Assembly (NCBI GenBank): GCA_964639965.1
Contig: CAZXGI010000001.1
Span: 18,661 to 82,660, forward strand
Direction: 5' to 3'
Source of the DNA: an uncultured Rhodospirillaceae bacterium
Lineage (GTDB): Bacteria > Pseudomonadota > Alphaproteobacteria > Rhodospirillales > UBA2165
Length of the DNA: 64,000 nt
Positions within the stretch are counted from its first letter, which is position 1. Every line of letters starts with the position of its first letter. Position numbers and translations under genes: made by a program. The notes beneath the pieces are model-generated. The model searched no databases and was not told the origin of the DNA. It saw only the letters and a program-made list of their open reading frames with translations. Below are positions 56,137 through 64,000 of this stretch, one piece after another.

Positions 56137-57156
56137 TTGACACAAAAAATAGAAAATCTGACAGATTATATCCCCGAACCAGGAGCCTGTTATGAAATAG
56201 CTCCTGGTATATTATGGATTAGGATGCCTCTACCATTTCAATTAAATCATATTAACCTGTGGTTGATTGAAGAGACTGACGGATGGGTTTTGATTGATAG
56301 TGGCATTAATGATGAGCGCACTAAAAGGCTCTGGGTAAAGATATTTGATAATATTTTAAATGGAAAACCGATTACGAGATTAATCTGTACCCATGCTCAT
56401 CCCGATCATATAGGTCTCATCGGTTGGATCCAGGAAAGATTTGGAGCGACGTTATTGATTACCAGAGAGGAATGGACATTCGGTCGAATGATTGCAGAAG
56501 GCCATATGAAAAATGAAAGATCTTACTATGATTATCTTGAGCAATTGGGCTGCAAACAATCAGATATTAAAGAATATTGGTCGCATATTGAAAGCGCTGA
56601 CAAATTTTATTATAGCTTACCATATCAGTTTAATCGCATACGCGATGGATCAGAAATAACAATTGCGGGAAAGAAGTGGAAGGTAATGATCGGATTAGGG
56701 CATTCTCATGAACAGGCCTGTCTTTACTGCTCTGAATTGAATGTGCTGATTGGGGGAGATCAAATTCTCCCAAAAATCACGCCAACTATAATGGTTCATG
56801 CTTATGAACCGGAAGCTAATCCTCTTCTTGATTTTTTTGTAAGCAATAAAAGGTTACGTATTCTGCCAAGTTCTGTCGTTGTATTGCCTAGTCACAATTC
56901 ACCATTCGTCGGGCTTCATGAAAGGCTCGACCAATACGTAGATCACCATATGGAACGTCTCCAAATTATCCAAGAAGCTTGTATAGAACCATTATCTGGA
57001 ATGGAGGTTTCTAAAATTCTTTTTCCACAAAAGCTTGACAAGCATGGTAAATTTTTTGCCATTGGCGAAACAATGGCCCATATTAAATATTTGGAATATG
57101 AAGGCAAGATCATGCGTATCAAAGAAAATGGTATTGAACGATATATTGCGGCTTAA
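56137..57156 (+). CDS. MBL-fold metallo-hydrolase
   Basis: 339 aa. Metal motif THAHPDHIG, and later HSH and PSHN. The apparent start is TTG, so the true start is uncertain. Confidence 0.75.
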   Translation: MTQKIENLTDYIPEPGACYEIAPGILWIRMPLPFQLNHINLWLIEETDGWVLIDSGINDERTKRLWVKIFDNILNGKPITRLICTHAHPDHIGLIGWIQERFGATLLITREEWTFGRMIAEGHMKNERSYYDYLEQLGCKQSDIKEYWSHIESADKFYYSLPYQFNRIRDGSEITIAGKKWKVMIGLGHSHEQACLYCSELNVLIGGDQILPKITPTIMVHAYEPEANPLLDFFVSNKRLRILPSSVVVLPSHNSPFVGLHERLDQYVDHHMERLQIIQEACIEPLSGMEVSKILFPQKLDKHGKFFAIGETMAHIKYLEYEGKIMRIKENGIERYIAA

Positions 57157-57161
57157 TTTTT

Positions 57162-58205
57162 TCACGATATCTTTTTAATTGGACCATCCGCATTTATCCA
57201 AGAATCTATCCCTCCTCTGAGGTGCTGGATAGCATTAAATCCAGCAGTTCTGGCTTCCCTAAGAGCTATCGCTGATCTTTCACCATAGGCACAATAAAGT
57301 ATTATCTGTTTGTCAGTTTCTTTGTCCAAGCCACATAGAAGCCCTCCAGGCTTGATTAAATCGGCCAAATTGTTGTAGGGAATATGAACCGAATTTGGGA
57401 TAATACCTATTCGTTCACGTTCAATATCTTCTCTTAGGTCTAAGAATAAAAGTTTTTTATTTTCGTAGCGTTTTATCGCTACATAGGCATCTATCGTGCG
57501 CTTAGTTATTTCAGAATTCTTATATATAAACCCGATTTTCTTATTTTTGGGTAAAACTGCATCCATCATCGTAGGGTTGGGTAGGGCAAGATTATCCATA
57601 ATTTTTTTATAAGCACTAGCAGATTTTACCTGGAGGCGTGGATTAAAAGCTTTTTCTTCGCCAATTGTGCTGCAGCTATCTCCTTTATAATCATGACCTG
57701 GGTAGACAAAGGTCTCATCTGGAAGTGTTAATAATTTGTTAAATAGTGAATTATAGGCGTCTATCGGATCGCCGTTTTGAAAATCGGTTCTACCCGTACC
57801 CCTAATGAAAAGAGTGTCTCCTGTAAATACCATTCCCGGCAAATAAAAGCTGTATGAATCATCGGTATGACCAGGTGTGTATATTACATCTAAACACAAA
57901 CCATCAATTTCAATCGTATCGCCATCCTCGACCCGCATTGAAACGATGTCAACACAGCTTTGTTTGCCCATAACGGTAACGCAGTTTGTTTTATCCCGTA
58001 ATGAGCCGAGGGCCGTTATGTGGTCAGCATGTACATGAGTATCAATTGCTTTAACGAGTTTTAGGTTAAGCTCATCTATGAGTTTGAGATAGTGATCAGT
58101 TTTGTTATAAACTGGATCAATAATCAGAGCTTCTCCTCCACTAGAACCTGCCAGTAAATAAGTATAGGTGCAGGATTCAATATCAAATAATTGGCGAAAT
58201 AGCAT
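57162..58205 (-). CDS. persulfide dioxygenase (ETHE1-like MBL) fused to a C-terminal rhodanese domain
   Basis: MLFRQLFD..SCTYTYLL, THVHADH, TPGHTDDS and GDTLFIRGTGRTDF are ETHE1/PDO signatures. The C-terminal ~110 aa carry a rhodanese active-site loop YCAYGERS. Confidence 0.85.
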   Translation of the reverse strand: MLFRQLFDIESCTYTYLLAGSSGGEALIIDPVYNKTDHYLKLIDELNLKLVKAIDTHVHADHITALGSLRDKTNCVTVMGKQSCVDIVSMRVEDGDTIEIDGLCLDVIYTPGHTDDSYSFYLPGMVFTGDTLFIRGTGRTDFQNGDPIDAYNSLFNKLLTLPDETFVYPGHDYKGDSCSTIGEEKAFNPRLQVKSASAYKKIMDNLALPNPTMMDAVLPKNKKIGFIYKNSEITKRTIDAYVAIKRYENKKLLFLDLREDIERERIGIIPNSVHIPYNNLADLIKPGGLLCGLDKETDKQIILYCAYGERSAIALREARTAGFNAIQHLRGGIDSWINADGPIKKIS

Positions 58206-58329
58206 AATCAAGAATCTCTTTTAAAAGGTTTTATTTGGTATATATCTTATTTCGTCTGCAGAATGAATTTACATTATTTATTATTTTAATAGCAAAAATT
58301 ATGTTAACTGACGTAAAGGAATCACGTAT

Positions 58330-59256
58330 ATGACGACACACTTATATCAGCATTCTGCGTGTTTAGACCATGAACCGGGTATTTACCATCCAGAGTCTCC
58401 AGATCGTTTAAGGTCCGTTGCTAGAAAGTTGGCAGACAAATACTTTAAGGAATTAGTTCTTGTTCAAGCCCCTATTGCAGAGGCAAAAACAATTAGCATG
58501 GCGCATGACCCCAAATATGTTGATTACATCTTGCAATCAATACCCAAAACTGGGTGTTACCAACTTGATCCTGATACTATTTTATCAACAGGTTCAGGCG
58601 AAGCGATTTTACGTGCAGTCGGAGGTATTTGTGCAGCCATTGACGATGTTTTGAGTGGTGCGGCTAATAATGCTTTTTGCGCAATGCGTCCGCCAGGCCA
58701 CCACGCTGAGTTCTCACAAGCAATGGGTTTTTGTATTTTTAATAATATTGCAATTGGGGCTAAATATGCCCAAAAAACCTATGGCCTGGATAAAGTAGCT
58801 GTTGTTGATTTTGATGTCCACCATGGTAATGGAACTCAGCATATGTTTGAGTCTGACGCTAATTTATTTTACGGTTCCAGCCATCAGTTCCCAGCTTATC
58901 CAGGAACAGGTGCTAAATCAGAAACTGGGGTTGGTAATATCATTAACGTACCGCTAAAACCTGGAAGTGGATCGGATTTGTTTCAAAGCGCTTATACAGA
59001 AGTTATATTTCCAGAATTAAGAAAATTCAATCCAGATTTATTACTTTTGTCAGCTGGGTTTGATGCTCATATTGACGATCCATTGTGTCAATTGAATTTG
59101 CAGACAAGTGATTTTTCTTGGGTTACAAAAGAGCTCATGCTTATCGCAGAAGGATGCTGCGATGGACGTTTGGTATCAACTCTTGAGGGAGGTTATAACT
59201 TAGAAGCATTGGCTGAATGCGTTGGTGCGCATGTCTCGGTTCTTATGGAATTATAA
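58330..59256 (+). CDS. histone deacetylase-family (class II-like) amidohydrolase
   Basis: RPPGHHAE, GFCIFNN, DFDVHHGNGTQ and EGGYN motifs. Confidence 0.9.
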   Translation: MTTHLYQHSACLDHEPGIYHPESPDRLRSVARKLADKYFKELVLVQAPIAEAKTISMAHDPKYVDYILQSIPKTGCYQLDPDTILSTGSGEAILRAVGGICAAIDDVLSGAANNAFCAMRPPGHHAEFSQAMGFCIFNNIAIGAKYAQKTYGLDKVAVVDFDVHHGNGTQHMFESDANLFYGSSHQFPAYPGTGAKSETGVGNIINVPLKPGSGSDLFQSAYTEVIFPELRKFNPDLLLLSAGFDAHIDDPLCQLNLQTSDFSWVTKELMLIAEGCCDGRLVSTLEGGYNLEALAECVGAHVSVLMEL

Positions 59257-59373
59257 GTATTCTCCTGTTTTTTCTTAAGAGTGATCATTTTTGTTTGCCC
59301 CAAGGTTAAACGGGAGCGTACACTCTAATCGGAAACGAAAGATTTTTTTCGGTTGTTAGGGAAATAAAAAAAT

Positions 59374-59607
59374 ATGGCTGATATTGAAAAAATGAGTTTT
59401 GAGGATGCTATGGCCGAGCTTGAAGAAATTGTTGGAAATTTGGAGAAAGGCGCAAATAAGTTGGATGATGCGATCGGGGCTTATGAGCGAGGTGCATTAC
59501 TAAAAAAGCATTGTGAAGCTAAACTGCGCGATGCCAAGGCTCGTATTGAAAAGATTGCGGTTGGATCTGAAGGAAGTGTGACCGCTGAACCCATTGATTC
59601 TACTTAA
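59374..59607 (+). CDS. xseB: exodeoxyribonuclease VII small subunit
   Basis: 77 aa. FEDAMAELEEIV..LE.G...LDDAI..YERG is the XseB signature. Confidence 0.9.
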   Translation: MADIEKMSFEDAMAELEEIVGNLEKGANKLDDAIGAYERGALLKKHCEAKLRDAKARIEKIAVGSEGSVTAEPIDST

Positions 59608-59623
59608 CAATTAAGGCGTCTTT

Positions 59624-60511
59624 TTGACAGAATTTACTGAAGCCTTAGCTGACGTAGTTGCAGCTACCGAGACCGCACTGCTAGAGCTGATACCTTTTAT
59701 TGAAGGACCAGAATCGCAAATCTTTGAAGCGATGAGGTACTCAGTGATGGCAGGTGGTAAACGTTTGCGACCTTTTTTGGTCATAGCATCAGCTGATTTG
59801 TTTAATGTGCCCCGTTCGTGTTCCGAACGCGTTGCGGCTGCTATCGAGATGATACACACCTATTCTCTAATTCACGATGATTTACCAGCGATGGATAATG
59901 ATGATCTCCGCAGGGGCAAACCTACTTGCCATTTGAGATTTGATGAGGCCACTGCCATCCTTGCTGGCGATGGGTTGTTAACTTTGGCATTTGAGGTAAT
60001 AGCGGACTCAAAAACGCATGATTCAGCCAAGATCCGGGCTGATCTTGTAGTGGAAATATCCCATGCAGTTGGACCCCAAGGTATGGTTGGCGGACAAATG
60101 CTTGATCTAGTAGCAGAAAAAAATATATTAGGAATGCCTGAAATTACTCGACTACAGCGCATGAAAACGGGCGCGTTGATTAATTGCTCATGCCAGTGTG
60201 GGGCCATTCTTGGTAAGGCTAGTGACACCCAGCGGCATTTGCTAAATGCTTATGCTTTTGATATAGGCCTAGCATTTCAGATTGTAGATGACTTGTTGGA
60301 TATAGAAAGTAAACCAGAAGAACTAGGAAAAGCAACTAACAAAGATAAAGACGCGGGAAAGGCAACTTTTATAACTACGCTCGGTGTTGATCGGGCACGA
60401 TCGCAAGCAGAGATACTTATAAATCAGGCAATTAAGCACCTTGAAATTTTTGGGCAAAGGGGCAATCTTTTGCGTGATTTGGCAAAATTTGTTATAGAAC
60501 GTCAAAATTAA
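59624..60511 (+). CDS. ispA: farnesyl diphosphate synthase (polyprenyl synthetase)
   Basis: First Asp-rich motif HDDLPAMDNDDLRRG and second motif QIVDDLLD. xseB-ispA-dxs synteny. TTG start. Confidence 0.9.
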   Translation: MTEFTEALADVVAATETALLELIPFIEGPESQIFEAMRYSVMAGGKRLRPFLVIASADLFNVPRSCSERVAAAIEMIHTYSLIHDDLPAMDNDDLRRGKPTCHLRFDEATAILAGDGLLTLAFEVIADSKTHDSAKIRADLVVEISHAVGPQGMVGGQMLDLVAEKNILGMPEITRLQRMKTGALINCSCQCGAILGKASDTQRHLLNAYAFDIGLAFQIVDDLLDIESKPEELGKATNKDKDAGKATFITTLGVDRARSQAEILINQAIKHLEIFGQRGNLLRDLAKFVIERQN

Positions 60512-60552
60512 TACTTACTTTAGCATGAGATAAAATTTGGAAGAGAAGTGCT

Positions 60553-62487
60553 GTGGCAGAGAATAGTAAAACACCCTTATTAGACAGAGTTATTGAACCT
60601 TCAGGAATACGAAGTTTTTCAGTTGATCAGTTGAAGGAATTGGCCGCTGAAATTCGTATGGAAACAGTCGATGCTGTTTCTATAACTGGTGGTCACCTTG
60701 GTGCCAGCCTAGGTGTTGTTGAATTAACTGTTGTGCTTCATCATGTTTTTAATACTCCGCATGACAGGCTAATATGGGATGTTAGCCATCAGGCTTATCC
60801 ACATAAAATTTTGACAGGTCGCCGTGACCGTATTCGCACTCTTCGTCAAGGCGGAGGACTATCGGGTTTTACAAAGCGTACAGAAAGTCAATTTGATCCT
60901 TTTGGTGCGGCGCATAGCTCAACTTCCATTTCAGCAGGTCTGGGTATGGCTGTTGCTAGTGAACTTGATGGCATACAAAGACACGTGATTTCTGTTATTG
61001 GTGATGGCTCAATGAGTGCTGGTATGGCATATGAAGCAATGAACAATGCAGGGTCAAAAAATTCCAGGCTAATTGTTGTTTTAAATGATAACGATATGTC
61101 GATTGCTCCGCCTGTCGGGGCAATGAGTGCATATTTATCTCGTTTGATTTCGTCAAAGTCGTATCAATCTATTCGGCACTTTGCAAAAGAGATAGCTGAA
61201 AAGTTGCCACGTCGGGTTGAAGAGACGGCTCGCCGGGCCGAGGAATACGCGCGCGGAATTTTTACTGGTGGTACTCTTTTTGAGGAGTTGGGTTTTTTAT
61301 ATATTGGCCCTGTTGATGGGCATAATATTGATCATCTTTTACCTCTATTAAAAAATTTACGTGATGCAGAGGATAGCGGGCCAGTTTTGCTCCACGTAGT
61401 AACAAAAAAGGGCCATGGTTATGAGCCTGCTGAACAATCTGCAGATAAGTATCATGGAGTGTCTAAGTTTGATGTAATAACAGGCAAACAAGATAAGCCT
61501 GAACCAAATGCTCCTTCGTATACCAACGTTTTTGCTAATTCTCTTATTCAAGAAGCTGAAAAAGATGAAAAAATTGTTGCGATTACCGCGGCTATGCCGG
61601 GGGGGACAGGTCTTGATAAATTTGGTAAAGTTTTTCCTGAACGAACGTTTGATGTTGGTATTGCTGAACAACATGGGGTTACATTTTCAGCAGGAATGGC
61701 AACCGAGGGTTATAAACCATTTGCGACAATCTATTCGACTTTTTTGCAACGAGCATACGATCAAGTTATTCATGACGTTGCTTTACAAAAAATACCCGTA
61801 AGGTTTGCTATAGATCGTGCAGGGCTCGTAGGAGCAGATGGGGCAACCCATGCAGGTTCATTTGATATCACATATCTTTCCTGCTTGCCAAACTTTATTG
61901 TGATGGCAGCTTCTGATGAGGCCGAACTAAGACACATGGTTGCGACCGCTGTTAAGATTGATGATTGCCCTTCAGCATTTCGTTATCCACGTGGTGAGGG
62001 TCTGGGTGTTAAAATGCCTGAAAACGGCTTGGCTCTTGAAATTGGTAAGGGGCGTATTATGCGAGAGGGAACGTCAGTCGCTTTATTGACCCTAGGGGGG
62101 CGCTTGCGCGAAGCTTTAGAAGCTGCTGATGAGCTGACTTCCCTAGGATGGTCAACCACCGTTGCTGACGCTCGTTTTGCAAAACCAATTGATGAAACAA
62201 TGATACTCGATCTGGTAAAAAATCATGAAATATTAATAACTATTGAAGAGGGGTCCATTGGCGGATTTGCAGCCCATGTTATGCAGTTTTTAGCCAATAC
62301 AGGCATTTTTGATAAAGGTTTGAAATTTCGGGCTATGACATTGCCAGATATTTTCATAGATCACGAAAAACCCGAAAAACAGTATGAAATAGCCGGGTTG
62401 AAACGTTCAAATATTGTAGAAACAGCTTTATTGGCTCTAGGGGAAACAGATAAAGTTCTTTCCGGAATTACACCTGCCAGTGCATAA
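60553..62487 (+). CDS. dxs: 1-deoxy-D-xylulose-5-phosphate synthase
   Basis: GGHLGASLG, the ThDP motif [18 protein letters not shown]...NDN, and the transketolase-like middle and C-terminal domains. GTG start. Confidence 0.95.
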   Translation: MAENSKTPLLDRVIEPSGIRSFSVDQLKELAAEIRMETVDAVSITGGHLGASLGVVELTVVLHHVFNTPHDRLIWDVSHQAYPHKILTGRRDRIRTLRQGGGLSGFTKRTESQFDPFGAAHSSTSISAGLGMAVASELDGIQRHVISVIGDGSMSAGMAYEAMNNAGSKNSRLIVVLNDNDMSIAPPVGAMSAYLSRLISSKSYQSIRHFAKEIAEKLPRRVEETARRAEEYARGIFTGGTLFEELGFLYIGPVDGHNIDHLLPLLKNLRDAEDSGPVLLHVVTKKGHGYEPAEQSADKYHGVSKFDVITGKQDKPEPNAPSYTNVFANSLIQEAEKDEKIVAITAAMPGGTGLDKFGKVFPERTFDVGIAEQHGVTFSAGMATEGYKPFATIYSTFLQRAYDQVIHDVALQKIPVRFAIDRAGLVGADGATHAGSFDITYLSCLPNFIVMAASDEAELRHMVATAVKIDDCPSAFRYPRGEGLGVKMPENGLALEIGKGRIMREGTSVALLTLGGRLREALEAADELTSLGWSTTVADARFAKPIDETMILDLVKNHEILITIEEGSIGGFAAHVMQFLANTGIFDKGLKFRAMTLPDIFIDHEKPEKQYEIAGLKRSNIVETALLALGETDKVLSGITPASA

Positions 62488-62499
62488 GTCAAGGTAGCC

Positions 62500-63246
62500 A
62501 TGCCGAAAATTCAAAAGCGAAGATTAGATCAACTTCTGGTTGAACGGGGGTTGGTGCAATCACGTAGTCGAGCTCAAGCTTTAATTATGGCAGGTTCGGT
62601 GTATAGCGATTCGAAACGATTAGATAAAGCTGGTGCACAAATACCACAGAATATAAAACTAGAGTTAAAGAGCCGAGACCACCCCTGGGTATCGCGTGGT
62701 GGGCTTAAGCTAGAACACGCACTTGAGCACTTTCAGATTAATGTCACAAATAGAGTTTGCCTAGATATTGGGGCATCAACTGGTGGTTTTTGTGATGTGT
62801 TATTAAGTAGAGGGGCAGACAAAGTTTATGCGGTCGATGTTGGGCATGGGCAATTGGCTTGGAAAATAAGAAAAAATGAAAGGGTCACCGTGTTAGAACG
62901 TTTTAATGCTCGGTATATTACGGACAAAGAGATAACAGAAAGGGTCGATTTCATAAGCTGTGATGCTAGCTTTATTGGGCTCAGGACTATTTTACCAGCA
63001 CCACTAAGACTGGCCAAGCCTGGTGCTAAATTAGTCGCTTTAATCAAACCTCAGTTCGAAGTGGATAAATGGCAAGTCGGGAGTAAAGGGGTTGTCAGAG
63101 AGCAAAAACTACGTGAGGCTGTCTGCAATCGCATAGAATATTGGCTGAACGGTTTGGATGGGTGGCAAGTAATTGGGGTTGAAAAAAGTCCAATTACTGG
63201 CGCTGAAGGCAATATCGAATTCTTGATTGCAGCAATTTACTGCTAG
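62500..63246 (+). CDS. tlyA: TlyA-family rRNA 2'-O-ribose methyltransferase
   Basis: S4-like N-terminus RLDQLLVERGLVQSRSRAQALI, SAM motif LDIGASTGGF, and FtsJ-like fold. Confidence 0.9.
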   Translation: MPKIQKRRLDQLLVERGLVQSRSRAQALIMAGSVYSDSKRLDKAGAQIPQNIKLELKSRDHPWVSRGGLKLEHALEHFQINVTNRVCLDIGASTGGFCDVLLSRGADKVYAVDVGHGQLAWKIRKNERVTVLERFNARYITDKEITERVDFISCDASFIGLRTILPAPLRLAKPGAKLVALIKPQFEVDKWQVGSKGVVREQKLREAVCNRIEYWLNGLDGWQVIGVEKSPITGAEGNIEFLIAAIYC

Positions 63247-63283
63247 TTTTCAGGTTTTGCGCTTTGAATTTGGTAAAAAGATA

Positions 63284-63862
63284 TTAACGATTTTTTTTGT
63301 GATATTCGATATTCGGCATCATATCTAAACCATGAGCCATACGGTTAGTATAATTAAAGAAAGCAGCCGTATCGCAGATGTCAAATATATCTTGTTCAGA
63401 GAACTTTTCTTGTCGCAGTGATTTTCGGTCCAGTTCGCTTATATCAAATGGTCTTTTGGTGAGTTTCCAAACAAAGTCTAGCATCTTTCGGGTCCTACTA
63501 TCTAGTTCAGCAACTCGATAATTCATTACCATCATCTCACCAAGTTCTGGGTCTCCTGATATTTGCCTAACGGCCTGGCCATGGGCAACGAGGCAGTAAT
63601 AGCAACGATTAGCCGAAGACACGACGACGGCTATTAACTCACGCTCAAGTTTTGTTAGATTACAATCTTCTTCATCTAACATTAGTTTGTTATAATAGGC
63701 AGTAAATGTTTTAAATTTTTCTATATTAACTGTGTAAGCTCGCAGAACATTCGGTACCAATCCGAGTTTTTCTTCGCATATTTTCATGTATTTTTGAGAA
63801 ACCTCATCTAGTTCCTCAATTTCAGGTATAGGAATTCGAACGATGTGTTTGGGTTGGGGCAT
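63284..63862 (-). CDS. AhpD-like / carboxymuconolactone decarboxylase-family peroxidase-related protein
   Basis: 192 aa with the CMD-family redox motif CYYCLVAHG. Confidence 0.75.
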   Translation of the reverse strand: MPQPKHIVRIPIPEIEELDEVSQKYMKICEEKLGLVPNVLRAYTVNIEKFKTFTAYYNKLMLDEEDCNLTKLERELIAVVVSSANRCYYCLVAHGQAVRQISGDPELGEMMVMNYRVAELDSRTRKMLDFVWKLTKRPFDISELDRKSLRQEKFSEQDIFDICDTAAFFNYTNRMAHGLDMMPNIEYHKKNR

Positions 63863-63876
63863 GTGTTTGGTATATT

Positions 63877-64000
63877 TTATTCACATTGGGCTTTATGAAG
63901 CAGCATATGGTCGGCTAACACACAAGCTATCATGGCTTCTCCAACAGGAACCCCTCTTATGCCAACGCAAGGGTCATGTCGGCCTTTTGTAGAGACTTTT
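63877..64000 (-). CDS. aroC: chorismate synthase, C-terminal 40 codons (gene runs off the window end)
   Basis: Not in the ORF track. The minus-strand translation ...[40 protein letters not shown] matches the conserved AroC C-terminus (GRHDPCV..RAVPV.EAM). Confidence 0.75.
   Translation of the reverse strand, partial: KVSTKGRHDPCVGIRGVPVGEAMIACVLADHMLLHKAQCE

Noticed and set aside
1-64000. Looked for CRISPR arrays, tRNA/rRNA genes, IS elements, integrases, and toxin-antitoxin or restriction-modification pairs across the window
   Set aside because: No regularly spaced repeats, no cloverleaf-capable GC-rich intergenic segment, and no transposase/integrase/methylase-like ORF in the six-frame track. 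All spacers longer than 100 nt are AT-rich and featureless apart from the items reported.

Overview
By eye this is an AT-rich chromosomal segment of core alphaproteobacterial housekeeping DNA. It holds about 58 tightly packed protein-coding genes, many of them translationally coupled (ATGA or TGATG overlaps). Recognisable blocks, in order: alr (partial)-dnaB; a CFA-synthase-like methyltransferase; rpsF-rpsR-membrane protein-rplI; fabD-fabG-acpP-fabF-mltG; yicC-like-gmk; lptF-lptG-lptD-surA-pdxA-rsmA; an eight-gene block between lptF and pepA; pepA-holC; a DapA-family gene; ndk; an MBL lipoprotein with an MFP+RND efflux pair; an orphan SF2 helicase; purM-purN; DUF2066-like / CDP-alcohol phosphatidyltransferase / AI-2E permease / hdaA; a GT39 glycosyltransferase; rnd; a methyltransferase and a metallophosphoesterase; aspS; dinB; two MBL-fold genes; an HDAC-like gene; xseB-ispA-dxs-tlyA; an AhpD-like gene; aroC (partial). 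I found no rRNA, tRNA, CRISPR array, transposase, integrase or prophage signal. I also see no convincing multi-gene defence island. The most system-like unexplained locus is a compressed AmmeMemoRadiSam cluster at 25.5-28.3 kb: a Memo-AMMECR1 fusion protein read divergently from its radical-SAM partner, followed by a flippase-like membrane protein. This gene triad is known from comparative genomics, but as far as I know its substrate is unknown. Other items worth a second look are the orphan 611-aa SF2 helicase with a zinc ribbon and an unassignable C-terminal domain, purM whose conserved N-terminus lies upstream of any canonical start codon and just after an in-frame TAA, a two-gene insertion between rnd and aspS, and a 268-aa protein with no recognisable motifs next to dinB. 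All calls come from reading the supplied ORF translations and the nucleotide sequence by eye. No searches or computations were run.
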